From Octopus vulgaris (lineage: Eukaryota): DNA of 64,000 bases. Below, piece after piece: positions 26,545 to 40,435 of the stretch. How positions within the stretch are numbered: position 1 is the first letter of the stretch; every line of letters starts with the position of its first letter. Location: NCBI GenBank assembly GCA_951406725.2, contig OX597834.1, positions 46,748,001 to 46,812,000 on the forward strand, read 5' to 3'. The notes under the pieces were generated by a model. The model did no database searches. It was given only the letters and a program-made list of their open reading frames with translations, and had not been told where the DNA came from. A program made the translations under genes and the position numbers.

Positions 26545-26915
26545 GCTTCCATATAGTTTTCTGTCTACTAAATTCCTTCACAAAGTAATGATTAGCTTGG
26601 GGCTGGCAGAAACTTTAGCATGCCAGGCAAAAGGCTTAGTGGTATTTCATCTGTCTTTACGTTCTGAGTTCAAATTCCACCGAGGTCGGCTTTGGATTTC
26701 ATCCTTTTGGGTTCAGGAAATTAAGTACCAGTTGCATACTGAGGTTGATCTAATCGACTGCCCCCACTCCCCCAAAATTTCAGGCCTTGTGCCTTGTGTG
26801 GAAAAGAATGATTAGCTTAGAGCTATGGTAAAAGACATTTACCGAAGATAGCATACAATGGGACTGGACCTGGAGCCATACAGTTGCAGAGCAAGCTTCT
26901 TAACCACACAGCTCT
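26545..26915. mobile_element. SINE B (+, ~26600-26810) nested in a SINE A fragment (-)
   Basis: The gagttcaaattccaccgaggtcg..catccttt..aagtaccag core is flanked by the duplicated aatgattagctt. SINE A sequence lies on both sides. Confidence 0.75.
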
Positions 26916-27238
26916 GTCAGTCAAACACACACACACACACAGACAAAAGGCCACATCTGGAATTTTTAATTTGTTTTGTATGACTAATTACTCTGTTAAT
27001 TAAAAGAATAACAAGGTAGCAAAAAAAAAAAAAAGAAGCAGAGGCTTGGTAAAATCTCAGTTGTGTTACATATGTTTGTTGACCCTGAAAGGTCACCCAA
27101 GATTGTTTAGTGACATAAAAAATTCCTTATAATCACTTGTAAATTTTAGTAATTAACACAGACAAAAGAAAAAATTAATTAAAAAAGTTTTTCTAAATAA
27201 CTGCTTTTTCACCATGTGTTGGATAACAATGTTATACA

Positions 27239-27293
<55 letters not shown>

Positions 27294-28659
27294 ATGTGTG
27301 TGTGTTTGGTGATGCAAACAGGAAAAATAGAACTCAAAATATGACTGTATGATTTTATTAATACTTTGAAGATATGACCATCTAAGCCATCATCAGATGG
27401 CTTAGCGCACTGAGACTTCAAACTCACCGTCAACAACATTCTTGTATGAGAATAATAAATTTGTACTCTACAAAAGTACTATGTAGCCCGTGTGTGTGTG
27501 TGTGTTGTCATCAATGTTTCAATATCTACTTTTGCATGTTTGCATGACTCAGATGGAATTCATTGAAGCAGATTTTCTATGGCTGGATGCCCTTCCTGTT
27601 GCCAACCCTCACCTGTTTGCAAGTAAAGTAATTATTTTCCCATGACTAGACATGTTTTCATGGAAAATTCGAAATGAATGACACTCATTTACAACTATCA
27701 CATGATGTCAAGACAAGGAAACACTGCCTTCATGCACATATGCACATGTGTGTGTACACATATGTGTGCCAGTGCCACATTATATGCACTCAGCATGTGC
27801 TGTAAAATGGTTCATGTTAGGTAGGGCATCCAGCCATAAGAACCAACACAAGTCAGACTGAAACCTGGTGCAGCTCTCCTGCTCTGGTCAAACCATCCAA
27901 CCCATGCTAACATGGAAAACAGATGTTAAAGGATGATAATAATGCTACACACACACACACACACATGCATGTATATATACACACACATACATATGTACAC
28001 ACAGACACATGCCCACACACATACTCACATACATATCTATATTTACAACAGTTTCTATCTACCAAATCTATTCACAAAGCTTTAGTTGACACATGTGTTG
28101 TAACGGGGAAATATTTGTCCAACATGCCATGAATTGTGACTGAACTGGGACCATGTGTTTGTGAAGCAAACTTCTTGCCCATTCAGCTACTCCCACACCT
28201 GAATTGTGGGACATAACCAAAGATATTCAATTCCACATCAGTGTTGAATGTAAAGCCCTACTTCTAGACTGACACATTTACAACCACAACACACATATCT
28301 ATACATACATATTTATATATATATATATGTGGATTTATACATGCATATTCCTACACTCACACGCATATTACACAATGAATATCGAAGAAGGTACGTTGCA
28401 ATGTAGTCCAATACATCCCAATATCCATGTGACCGAAGAAAATGTGCTTAGCACACTATCTAAATATATTTACATACATTAAAAGTGTAAATATACATCC
28501 ATTCCTTCTGTCCATAACATATATATGTGTGTGTGTGTGTGTGTATATATATATAGCCTTTGACTTTTTCTGTCCAAAAGGGCTTTTAACCTAATATTTA
28601 TGTTAGTATTTATAGCTTTATCTATTTTTGAATCTCACAGTTAGAAGCCATATATGTGT

Positions 28660-28837
28660 ACCGTTGGCGATTTTTTTCCCACAGACTTCCCTTCTCTGGA
28701 TCTTTCCTTCTCCTATGTTCCCAACGAAGAGCTCCGTTCGAAACGTTAAACCCTCCTTCTTTCCTGAGCATACAATAATACTATATTTGTTCCACGTCCT
28801 CGCGTTGTTGTGTTTTTTTTGGCTTTCTTGTTTGGAT

Positions 28838-28842
<5 letters not shown>
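28660..28842 (+). mobile_element. Penelope pLTR-like fragment with a degenerate hammerhead-like motif
   Basis: gttc-CCAACGA-agagctccgttc-GAAACGTTA-aac (~28717-28751), with the same architecture as 16070-16105. It abuts a TA tract. Confidence 0.4.
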
Positions 28843-28875
<33 letters not shown>

Positions 28876-29113
28876 CATACATATATACACATATATAGCT
28901 ACATACATACACATATATACATATATATATGTACATACATAGACATATATACATATATATAGGTACATACATAGACATATATACATATGTACATATATAT
29001 ACATATATACACATATATACATATATATATATACATACATACACATATATACATTATATATATATATATACATACATACACATATATACATGTATATATA
29101 TACATACATACAC

Positions 29114-29146
<33 letters not shown>

Positions 29147-29412
29147 TACATATATATACATATATATATGTATATATGTGTATATATGTATATATATATA
29201 TGTATGTGTATATATATATATGTATGTGTATATATATATATATATGTGTGTGTATGTATGTATATATGTGTGTATGTATGTATATATGTGTGTGTATATA
29301 TATATGTGTGTATGTATGTATATATGTGTATGTATGTGTATGTATTTGTATGTATATGTATGTATGTATATGTATGTATATATATATATGTATGTATATA
29401 TATATATGTATG

Positions 29413-29446
<34 letters not shown>

Positions 29447-29460
29447 TATACATATGTATG

Positions 29461-29492
<32 letters not shown>

Positions 29493-29861
29493 TGTATGCA
29501 TATATAAATATATGTATGTATATATGTATGCATATATAAATATATGTATGTATATATGTATGCATATATAAATATATGTATGTATATATGTATGCATATA
29601 TAAATATATGTATGTATATATGTATGCATATATAAATATATGTATGTATATATGTATGCATATATGTATGCATATATATATATATACACGTATGCGTATA
29701 TATATATATGCATATACATATATATATGCATATATACATATGTGATCATATATATGTATTCATATATATATATATGCATACACACACACATATATATGCA
29801 TACATATATATATATATATATGCATATGTAAATATATATATGCATATATATATATATATGC

Positions 29862-29897
<36 letters not shown>

Positions 29898-29919
29898 GCA
29901 TATATATATACATATATGC

Positions 29920-29955
<36 letters not shown>

Positions 29956-29959
29956 GCAT

Positions 29960-30037
<78 letters not shown>

Positions 30038-30051
30038 TATATATATATATA

Positions 30052-30111
<60 letters not shown>

Positions 30112-30200
30112 TATATATATATATGCATATATATATATATATATGCATATATATATATATATATATATAGACATATATATACATGCATACATACATACAT
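28842..30200. repeat. TA/TACA/TGCA microsatellite field
   Basis: Direct inspection. Confidence 0.97.
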
Positions 30201-30639
30201 ACAGAGTGGTAACAGCTTGCATTGTGGTGGAGTTGGTTGTTGTACTGTTGTGTCTCCATTGTTGTCATAGCAACAGCTGACATTTCAATCAATATCTGCC
30301 GCCGCTGTATGTGATTTGTTTTGTTTACTCTCATGTTGGCATTGGTGGATTGTGTACCGTCCCCAACACCACCACCATCATCACCAACAAGAATTCATAC
30401 CACCACTACCACCACAGCACTGTCAGAAATACCACAACCATCAGCATAGTACTATTACAAGTACTATCACTGTTGCAACCACCAACGCTATTACCAGCAC
30501 TGTCAATCTACCACCAGACTGCCACAACCACTGGCATCCACTTCATCCACAATACCAACTGACACCATAAGAAAACCCACAACAACACAACTGACAACAT
30601 CGCAAACACCACTATCATTATCCCCAGCAAGAAATGGTA

Positions 30640-31150
30640 CCACTAGAACCATGACCACCACAACCACAATCAACACCACCACCATAACCACCATCACAAC
30701 CAACAGCAACACCACCACCAGAATCACCATCATCACTACCAGAATCATCAATACCACCACCACTACAACCTCCACCATCACAACCACCAACACCACCACC
30801 AGAATCACCATCATCACTACCAGAATCATCAATACCACCACCACTACAACCTCCACCATCACAACCACCAACACCAACACCAGAATCACCATCATCACTA
30901 CCAGAATCATCAATACCACCACCACTACAACCTCCACCATCACAACCACCAACACCACCAACACCACCACCAGAATCACCATCATCACTACCAGAATCAT
31001 CAATACCACCACCACTACAACCTCCACCATCACAACCACCAACACCACCAACACCATCACCAACACCACCATCACAACCACCAACACCAGCACCACTATC
31101 ACAATCACAACCAATACCACCAATATGACCACCACCACCAACAGCAGCAA
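30640..31150. repeat. (ACC)-rich minisatellite with 81-90-bp units (4 copies)
   Basis: agaatcaccatcatcactaccagaatcatcaatacc recurs at 30720, 30801, 30882 and 30972. Confidence 0.9.
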
Positions 31151-31698
31151 CAACTCTACTTTGTTTTTATGGAGACATGTAAAAACAAAGTACTTAATTC
31201 CCAAAAACCTCGTTATATAGAGGCCCAGCAGGCTAAGACTCCTCATGAAATTTTGGGGCAGTAATTCTAGACAAAATATCAAGCCTCAACTATCCACCCC
31301 TCTACTTTACCACAAATATATGTGTGCAATTTTCTAGCACCCCTCCATCCCCTCTTTTAATAAGAATACAACAAAATCCTTTTTTTTTTTTTTTTTTCTT
31401 TTGCTGCCATGTAATTCTTCTGTCTTTTCCATAAAGACGACGAGGTGCCAGATAAGTTTATAAAATATTTGGGTATCGGATTTGTTTTAGAAAACAAGGG
31501 AGGTCCAGGCTTAGCTGTGTGGTAACTAGTTTGCTTCCCAAGGATTTGGATTTGGGTTCAGTTCCACTGTGTGACTGCACCTCATTCAAATATTTTCTAC
31601 TGTAGCCCAAGGTCAATCAATGCTTTTTGAATGAGTAGATTTAGGTAGACGAAAACTGTGGAAGTCTATGGTGTGTGTGTGTATATATATATGTGTGT

Positions 31699-31737
<39 letters not shown>

Positions 31738-31740
<3 letters not shown>

Positions 31741-32710
31741 TAAGAAGCTTGCTTCCTCACCACATGGTTCCAGGTTCAGTCCCACTACGTGACACCTTGG
31801 GCAAGTGTCTTCTACTATAGCCTCGGACTGACCAAAGCTTTGTGAGTGGATCTGGACGGCAGAAATTGAAAGAAACCTGTCATATATATATATATTATAT
31901 TATATTATATTATATTAGAGGAAAAATCACAACCAAGGCTGGACAAGTATCTCCAGTCATTTAGAATAATTTAACTAGATTAAGGTGAATTTTGAAGTCT
32001 TACAGCTGTTTCTGGGATAACCCAAGTGGTTGGTTGGCATATCCATGCACTGGTTAGTCCATCATCATATTTTAGACAGGAAAAATTTACACCTTACAAG
32101 GAATAAAATTCTCAGTTTATAAGGAATAAATTTTCCCCATCTAAGATATTCATACTTTGTCTCTGATAACAAAATAGCCAGTGCATGGACATGCTAACCA
32201 ACCACCTGGGTTATCCTCAAAACAGCTGTAAGACTTCAAATTCACCTTACCCTAATTAAATTAGTCTAAATAACTTGAGATACTTGTTTTGCCTTGGATT
32301 TGGTTTTTCCTCTAATATAATATATATATGCTATAACGGAACCCTAATACAGATCCATAGATCCACCCTTAACTGTGATCTTGGAGCCTGATGGTCGACC
32401 AACTATAGCACTTGCCTAGCGTACCTATTTGTTTAGATCACAAGTGAGCCAAACCACTCATATTTTATATATATTTATGTATGTATATATGTCTGTGTGT
32501 CTTTCTGTCTGTGTTTGTCTTCACCTATCACTGCTTCACAATCAGTGTTGGTGTGTTTACATTCCCATAACTTAGTGGTTCAACAAAAGAGAGCAATAGA
32601 ATTAACTAATAAGTTTTGGAGTTGATTTGTTCAGGTAAAACCCTTCACGGTTGTGCTCCAGCATGGCCACAGTCAAATAACTGAAACAAGTAAAAGAATG
32701 AAAGAATATA
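31738..32710 (+). mobile_element. SINE A split by insertions in its internal TA microsatellite
   Basis: Head at 31738-31885. Body and tail resume at ~32480-32710. Confidence 0.8.
31910..32320. mobile_element. Fold-back element with ~145-bp inverted arms and decayed hammerhead motifs
   Basis: 31910-32056 is an imperfect reverse complement of 32175-32320. The (G/A)AAAC-agct-GTA-agac motif is present in both arms. Confidence 0.75.
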
Positions 32711-32756
32711 TCATACCAGCAAATTGTTTTTACGCTATTTGTATTTAATCATTGTG

Positions 32757-33080
32757 ATGGCACATGGCTTAGTGGTTAAGGAATTCAGCTTTTGATCACG
32801 CAGTCATGGGTTCAATTCTTAGTGATGTATTGTATCCTTGAGTAAGACACTTTATTTCACATTGCTCCAATGCACTCAGCTGGCAAAACGAGTTGTGCCT
32901 GTATTTCAAAGGGCCAGCCTTGTCACATTCTGTGTCACGCTGAATCCCCCTGAGAACTCTGCTAAGGGTACATGTGTCTGTGGAATGCTCAATCACTTGC
33001 ATGTTAACTTCACAAGCAGTTTGTTCCTTTGATCAGATCAACTGGAACCCTCATTGTCATCACCGATGGAGTGCCAGTTG
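32757..33080 (+). mobile_element. tRNA-derived SINE, family D
   Basis: tggcttagtggtt A box and gggttcaattc B box, then tccttgagtaagacact..cactcagctg. Confidence 0.75.
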
Positions 33081-33364
33081 ATATAGTCAGGGACTGATGA
33101 TTCAATTCAGGTACTTGATGTTGATAAGCCACAAAAATGGTGAAATATCAATATCCATCACTCCTGAATGGGAATGGGAATAAGGGGGAGTTGTCTTGCC
33201 TGACTATGACTCTCAGGTGTTTTAACACAAACTATGCTAAGAGGAAGTCATCCCCACCATGCTAAACTGCAGCATACCAGCAAACAAGCAAAACATATGA
33301 ACTTAGTATGTGCGGTTGATAATGTTTACAACAGTAGGACTGCTTCTAGTTCATAATTGAATAT

Positions 33365-33690
33365 CATCATCATTTAGTGTCCACTTTCCATGCTGGTATG
33401 GGTTAGATGGTTTGGCTGGAACCAGTAAGCCAGAAAACTACCAGATGCCAGTCTGATTTTGGCTTGGTTTCTATTGCCAACCACCCAGCAGAGTGTAGTG
33501 GGTACCTTCAATGTGTCACCAGCACAGGTGCTTTTATGTGTCATCAACACTGACCATAACCATGATTCCACTTGACGAGTTTTCTCAAGTTTCATAGCAA
33601 ATCACCAAAGGTCTCAATCACTTGTCATCCTGAGTCTACCAACCTCTTCCACAGGTTCCCACCACACTTAGAGATTGACACATCTTTACT
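33365..33690 (-). mobile_element. Old RTE 3'-end fragment
   Basis: catcatttagtgtccactttccatgctgg..gagtgtagtggg, then an ORF2-end remnant cctcttccacaggttcc. Confidence 0.7.
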
Positions 33691-33775
33691 CAGCTGTGGC
33701 CTGGTGGTTAGGTTGTTGCACTCATGATTCCTAGATTATGAGTTTGATTCCCAGACCAAGTGGCATTTTCTACAC

Positions 33776-34412
33776 TTCTAATGAAAAGAACAAATATTTA
33801 GAAATTTTAATATTTCTTGTTTTGAAAACCAGTGGATGTATTCCACTGAATTAAGGTAAATAATCCTTCAAACAGACAGTTAATAGCAATGCCTGCTGGG
33901 TTTGGCTGCTCTGCATTGATAAGGAGCAAATACCCTGAAACTAGTCTGCAGATACCTAACCAGCAAGGAGAAGTGGCTGACCTCCCTTGTTCGAAAGTTA
34001 TAATGGACACAGGTTCATGTGTCACATAGCTAGCTAGAGGTGATGGTCTCTTGGAGCTAATCAATGGCAGCATTCGTCCCCAGGACTGCCATATCAGCTT
34101 GGCGAGAACAAATATTTGTTTACATTTATACACACACAGTTGTTCCATAAAGCTAAAGTATTTAGTGTCTAAATTCAGCAGTGAATTTCTCAGCAGGTAG
34201 TTTAGTTTAATGGTAAAGCATTCAGCCAGAGTCTTTGAGGGATATGGGTTCATGTCCCTTGTCTGGTTGTTGACAAGTTTTTCCACCTTGTAAGGGTAAC
34301 GTACACAGTATTTCTGCTGTTCTAATGGCAACTCTTCGTTCAAAAAAATATCATCTCATTTGTATCATAGAATACACATTTTCGATGTTTCTAATGAAAA
34401 GAACAAATATTT
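33776..34412. mobile_element. Diverged relative of the 16.4-17.1 kb element, bounded by a 24-bp direct repeat
   Basis: 33805-34075 aligns by eye with 16777-17050. ttctaatgaaaagaacaaatattt occurs at 33776 and 34389. Confidence 0.75.
33910..33952 (+). ncRNA. Minimal type I hammerhead ribozyme motif (U3-A8 variant)
   Basis: tctgca-TTGATAA-ggagcaaataccct-GAAAC-ta-GTC-tgcaga, with a perfect 6-bp stem I and palindromic actagt. Confidence 0.65.
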
Positions 34413-34604
34413 GTTTGTTGATATTTATGTACTTCATTCCTTGTTGCTCCAGCTCCCTTTTCAATCAGGGGTAGAATGTTGGACTGCTTACCTAGCCACC
34501 AGGGTGGCATCATTCAAAGGCTAACACAAAGCAAAGCACATTTTGACCAGTGATGTGTAACAACATCTGATAGTCTGGCCAATCACATAATCATGTGATA
34601 TAGG

Positions 34605-34995
34605 CTTGGGTATGGCTCTATGGTAACAAATTTGCTTCCTAACCACATGGCTTTGGGTTCAATTCTACTACACATTACGATGGGTAAATGTCTTCTGCTA
34701 CAGCTCTGGGCTAACCAGTGCCTTGTGAGTAAATGGATTTGTTTGATGAAAATTGCGTGGAAGCTTATTGCATGTGTTTGTGTGTGTGTGTGTCTGTCTG
34801 TCTGTCTTTGTATTTGTGCCCTTCTGCCATTTGACAACCATTGTTAACATCCCTATAATTTAGCTGTTTAGGGTTAGGGACTAATCAGTACCAGGTTTAA
34901 AAAAAAGGACTGCAGTTGATTCGACTGACTAAAAATTCTTCAAGGCAGTGCCCCAGCATGGCTGCAGTCAGATGACTGAAACAAAAAATAAAAGA
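34605..34995 (+). mobile_element. SINE A, old copy
   Basis: Homology to 12608-12995, including the 3' tail. Confidence 0.8.
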
Positions 34996-35329
34996 TATAT
35001 ACATACACCCAGAACCATACCAATAGCTTAGAAGTGGAATTTAGGATTTCTCAGTTTTCTGGTAATCAATTTTGATAAAACTTTTCCCAGCTGGTTTCCA
35101 CACTATGGCAACACCATTGTTGTTTTCATTATTCTGTGTAATGTCCTTTCTTTTTTATTTCAAATTCTTCAGTTTTGGAGCAAACCATGCTAATAGCTTT
35201 TGGATAAAAATAGCCCATCTAGACAATTTTTTCAGAAAATGAAGGCTAATGAAGGGTATATATCTAACAGAAAACCATAATAATAATATTATAACATTTA
35301 TTGACATAATGAATGATTTAGCTACATGA

Positions 35330-35822
35330 GTGCCATTTCGACGGATAACTTCAATTTGTCAATTTCTTAATAGTAGCAGGTTGGACTGCCTCTGCTGCAG
35401 CTTTGATGGTTACCCAAAAGACATCTTTCAATGTAAATCGGTGTTCATTGGCATAAACATTTTGTTTGATGATGGACCAAAGACTTCAACAGTGTTGGAG
35501 ATGCTGGCAGCCACACCATCAACCTTTCACCTTGTATACCATAAGACCCTAGTAATGTTTGGGTGGTCCTAGCAGAGTGGGAGAGTGCATTGTCATGCAC
35601 GAATATGAGATTCCTGAGAAGTGACAGCAGTATGTCATCTAGCCAGGGATCCAAGACCTCCTTCAGGAGATTACAGTAGGTGGCTGTAGTCATTTTGACC
35701 CCTTTGGGCACCCTGACTGGGCCAACAAGTCTTTCCCCAATGATACCAGCCCACAACATGACTCCTCCACTCTGTTGTTGATGTTGTAAATGTTGGTGAA
35801 ACTCATCCCCGAAACAGACCCA
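35330..35822 (-). mobile_element. Tc1-like transposase fragment
   Basis: GGVMLWAGIIG..VKMTTATYCNLL..IFVHDNALSH..VWLPASP. Confidence 0.85.
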
Positions 35823-35834
35823 ATCACAAAAAAG

Positions 35835-36344
35835 ATAGATGGCATGACAGGCCTCGACTATTGGGGTTGACTAGAAAAGCTAAAACTTTATTCTCTCCAA
35901 CGTCGCCGTAAGCGCTACATCATCTGCATGATGTGGAAAATATTCCATCAGCATTGCCCAAATGATGTTGGCATCACCTTTAAGGTACATCCAAGGCTTG
36001 GGCCCTGTGCCATCCACCCACAACAAAAATCGCACTCTCATCTCATAACAACAATACGGCACAATTATTTCACCTCAATTGGCCCCGCTCTCTTTAACAT
36101 TACACCAAAACACATTAAAACAGAAACAGACCCTATAGGGTTCAAGAAGTCTTTAGACAGATTCCTTCAAGAAATCCCGGATAAACCTCCTACACCCGGA
36201 TATGTCTCTGTAAACAATAACTCTCTACTTGAGTGGGCCATAGTGCCCAAATTCTGACTTGAAAGACTTCACCTGGTGGTGCTATTAAGTTAGACATGGC
36301 CTGGGCCAATAATGGTCGAAACCTATCAAAGTAAAGTATCAAAG

Positions 36345-36345
<1 letters not shown>
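35835..36345 (+). mobile_element. CR1-like LINE 3' fragment (second family)
   Basis: LDYW..LEKLKLYSLQRRR..GPALFN..FKKSLDRFLQEIPDKP, followed by a short UTR and a repeated tail. Confidence 0.85.
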
Positions 36346-36384
<39 letters not shown>

Positions 36385-36459
36385 ATCACCATCAGCAGCA
36401 ACAGCATCATTGTTCTATCACCATCATCACCTTCATTATCATCATCACATCAACATCAT

Positions 36460-36685
36460 ATTATTTCTTTATTGCCCACAGGGAGCTAAACAAAAAGGGG
36501 ACAAACAAGGACAGACAAAGGGATTAAGTCAATTATATCGACCCCAGTGCATGACTGGTACTTAATTTATCGACCCCGAAAGGATGAAAGGCAAAGTCGA
36601 CCTCGGTGGAATTTGAACTCAGAACATAACAGCAGACGAAATACTGCTAAGCATTTTGCCCGGCATGCTAACATGTCTGCCATCA
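36460..36685 (-). mobile_element. SINE B
   Basis: Reverse complement of the gagttcaaattccaccgaggtcgactttgcctttcatcctttcggggtcg core. Confidence 0.85.
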
Positions 36686-37281
36686 TCATCATCTATGAAA
36701 CCACTACCATCACCACCGCCATCATCATCATCACCATCATCATCACTATCATCATTATCGTCATCATAATCATCATCGTTCTCAACGTTATTATTGTCAT
36801 CATCACCAGCATTTTTATGTCCTGTCTTCCATAATGTCATGGGTGGATGGGACAGGTAATGCTTTTACTGCCAGCTGCTCATTCTACTGGCGCCGATCCC
36901 TTTTTTCATCTCCTTCACAAGCAGAGACAGTCTGGGGTACCAATTTCTTAAACACTAGGATATATACATGGGGAGGGGGGGGAATTATAATGACGCTAGT
37001 GGCAGAGGTGGTGGTGGTGGTGGTGGTGATAAAGATTTTGATGATGGTGATGATGTTAATGATAATGATGGTCATGGTGGTGGTTGGAGTAGGGGTTGTG
37101 GTGATGGAGGTAGTGGCAAGAGTGGTGGTATATGTGATGTTGAAAGTATGTTATGGTAATGATACTGATGATGATGCTGTTGATGATGATGATAATGACA
37201 ACAATGATAATGATTATAATGGTGTTAATGGTTGGTGGTGGTGGTGGTGGTGGTGGTGGCGGGAACAGTGGCAGCAACACC

Positions 37282-37314
<33 letters not shown>

Positions 37315-38874
37315 TCTTTCTTAAGGACTCTGAGAAAAGTGTTGTAACAATTATGGAAATGAAACGACAGAAGAACTGGAAAATTTTGTCATTCATGACT
37401 TTTTGCTGTATTTTTGTATTTCAATTCATCAATCTATTTATTTATTTATTCATTTGCCAATAGCATCAGCTGACTGGAAAAGACTAGAGGGAAAGGGGGG
37501 TCGAATTGTAGGTGTTTGAAAGAGCTGGGTGGAGGAGTTGGGTAGACTGGGGAGGTGGTGGATGGTTGGTGTGTCAGGTGGGGGACAGAGAATGAAATCA
37601 GGTCACAGCCTCATTCAGTATTGAACTGGCTGTGGCGACAACCTCCACCACCGGTACTGCCATTGTCACCACCACCACTACTACTACTATGATGACTGCC
37701 ACAGCTGCTACCAACACCACTACCACAGCCATATCCCCTACCAGCACCACCACAATTATCACTATCGCCACCACAACCAACTCCATGAATACCACTACCA
37801 CCATTACCACCTCACAGATCGTGCTTGCAGATGATGCAAGCCGACAGACAGGCAGCAAGATGCTGAAATTGTGACAGGAGAAATGTTGCAGCAGATTGTG
37901 TAGAGAATCTTGTAGCATTACCTGGCAGTCTAAGACAGAGAGAGAGAGAGAGAGTGTGTGTGTGTGTGAGAGACATACTGAGAGAAAGAGAAAGAGAATG
38001 GGGAGGCTTGGAGAAAATTTCAGAATTGTGTGTGTGGTTAACGAAGTAGGAGAAATTGGGTTAATCAATGTTAAGGCAGATGCCATCAGGAATTGTGGCA
38101 ACTCGAAACCATCGGCACTCTGTGAAGAATTTTAATATTTGATATGTGCATGTGTGTGTATATATATACGTGTGTATGTATATATGTGTGTGTGTATGTG
38201 TGTCTACTTATATGTACTGATTATTGCTGTTATGTGTATATAAATATAAAATGACTATTGTTTCATATATGTGTGCGTATGTGTATAGATAGATATATGT
38301 ACACATACATTATATAGTATATATGTATATATATAAATATATATATATATATTATATATATATATATTATACAGTATATATATATATATATATATATATC
38401 AACAGGTGAGATAGAGTAAAATAAAATGGAAAAGTGAATGCATGCATAGAGGAAATGAATACAGTACAGTGAATCAAAGTGTAGAAATGCACCAACACAA
38501 ATACACACATATATGCATATACGATCTGTGTGTGTGTGAGAGAGAGAGAAAGAGTGTCTGTGTGTGTGTATAAGATAAAAGAGAATCTGGAGAGACTGAC
38601 AGTAGTCTGCATCATTAAGACTTGTATTTATTTTGAAAAAAAGTAACAGAAATAGTTTGGTGAAATCGCCTCTGGGCTGTGTGGTGGTGATGGGGAGTAT
38701 CCAATGTTTTGGACAAAATTGAGAAACGTGTGTGTGTATGTGGCTGGGTGGGTATCATCTCTTGTAAAAGTTTAAGAAATATGTACTCTACTAAAAAGTA
38801 TTGAGTGATGCTTCAGTTTAACATGAAACTTTGTGTATGTATGCATATATATATATATATACATACACACACAC

Positions 38875-39060
38875 AGGGGAAGAATTCACAAAAAGACGAA
38901 GACAGGTGGTGTAGACAACAAACAGATCTATTAGTATTATGCTCAGGAAGTGAAAAAGTCTTTAACGCTTCGGGTCTATGCTCTTCCACAGAAAGATACA
39001 AGGTGAGAAAATAAAGAATGTGTAGTGGCTAATGATCTATCATGGCAAATGCCAGACAGA
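38875..39060 (-). mobile_element. Penelope pLTR-like repeat, homolog of 15980-16270
   Basis: Direct sequence similarity, with a degenerate motif at 38960-38996. Confidence 0.55.
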
Positions 39061-39091
39061 ACACACACGCACACGCACACACACACACACA

Positions 39092-39136
<45 letters not shown>

Positions 39137-40011
39137 TTTATAAGGTCTATACCTAATTTGTCCCTAAAACAAGGCTCAGTTAGCTGAACTGTTCCGTACA
39201 CATAAAACATCTAATGGTATATCATTTTTTCTGCCTCTGAAGAGATTCTACTTTATAATGATTTAAATGTTTTAATTAATAATAATAATGAAATTATTGT
39301 ATACAGTGCTCAGGTGCACCACAAAGTCTGAATCAAAGCAGCTGTCAGAGATTATGTCCATTTTTGCAATTAATAGATATAATTATTTATTGATTAGTCC
39401 CTTTTTTCTTATATGTATGTATGTATGTTATTAAGTGAGAGAGCACCACATGCTATCAATGGGACACTGCGGTACTATTATATGAAGCCCAATATACCCA
39501 TCATGACTACCCATCTGATAAGGGTACACAAGGCACATGCATTACAACCATATGTACACGATGTGGTGAGCTCATGACTTTGCAGGCAGGACCCAGTCAG
39601 AATTTTCTCCAGCATGAGTAGCCCATCGCACTCAAAAGGTCCCTGAATAAGGGTTGTTTAAGGATGTTGAACAAAACACCCATGTTTCCAGAAGTGAATT
39701 ATTCATACCCCATGGAATTCCTCTCAACACATGGCTATGATGTTCCCCACCCATAACTTCTGCTCATGATCAGAGATGCATATGCTCATAACATCTGCTC
39801 ATGGTCAGAGAAGGACATGCTCATGTAGTTATGGTCAAGAGACTAAGAAACAAATTATTCTTATAATCATTTAAATCAGTTTACAGAAACCTAGCTCATC
39901 CAGGCCCAGATTAGCAACCAGAAAAATACAAGGTGGTCACAGGAAAATGGGCTGTTATTGGCCAAGGTGAGTCACATGGTGGTGTTAGAAGGGAGATCAG
40001 CATTTCATATA

Positions 40012-40220
40012 CATATTCTTTTATTTGTTTCAGTCATTTGACTCCGGCCTTGCTGTAGCATCGCCTTTAGTCAAGCAAATCAACCCCAGAACTTATTCTT
40101 TGGAAGCCTACTACTTATTCTATCGGTCTCTCTTGCTGAACCACTAAGTGACGGGGACATAAACACACCAGCATTGGTTGTCAAGCGATGTTGGGGCACA
40201 AATATATACATACACACACC

Positions 40221-40273
<53 letters not shown>

Positions 40274-40435
40274 GACAGGCTTCTTTCAGTTTCCGTCAAC
40301 CAAATCCACTCACAAGGCTTTGGTCAGCCCAAAGCTATAGTAGAAGACACTTGTCCAAGGTGCCACACAGTGGAACTGAACCTGGAATCATATGGCTGGT
40401 AAGCAAGCTACTTACCACACAGCCACTCCTGCGCT
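40012..40435 (-). mobile_element. SINE A, full length
   Basis: Reverse-complement homology to 12608-12995. Confidence 0.85.

Noticed and set aside
30651-31220. Mucin-like Thr-rich ORF with in-frame 81/90-bp units
   Set aside because: ACC-triplet low complexity explains the frame preservation. No signal peptide or supported splice sites were seen.
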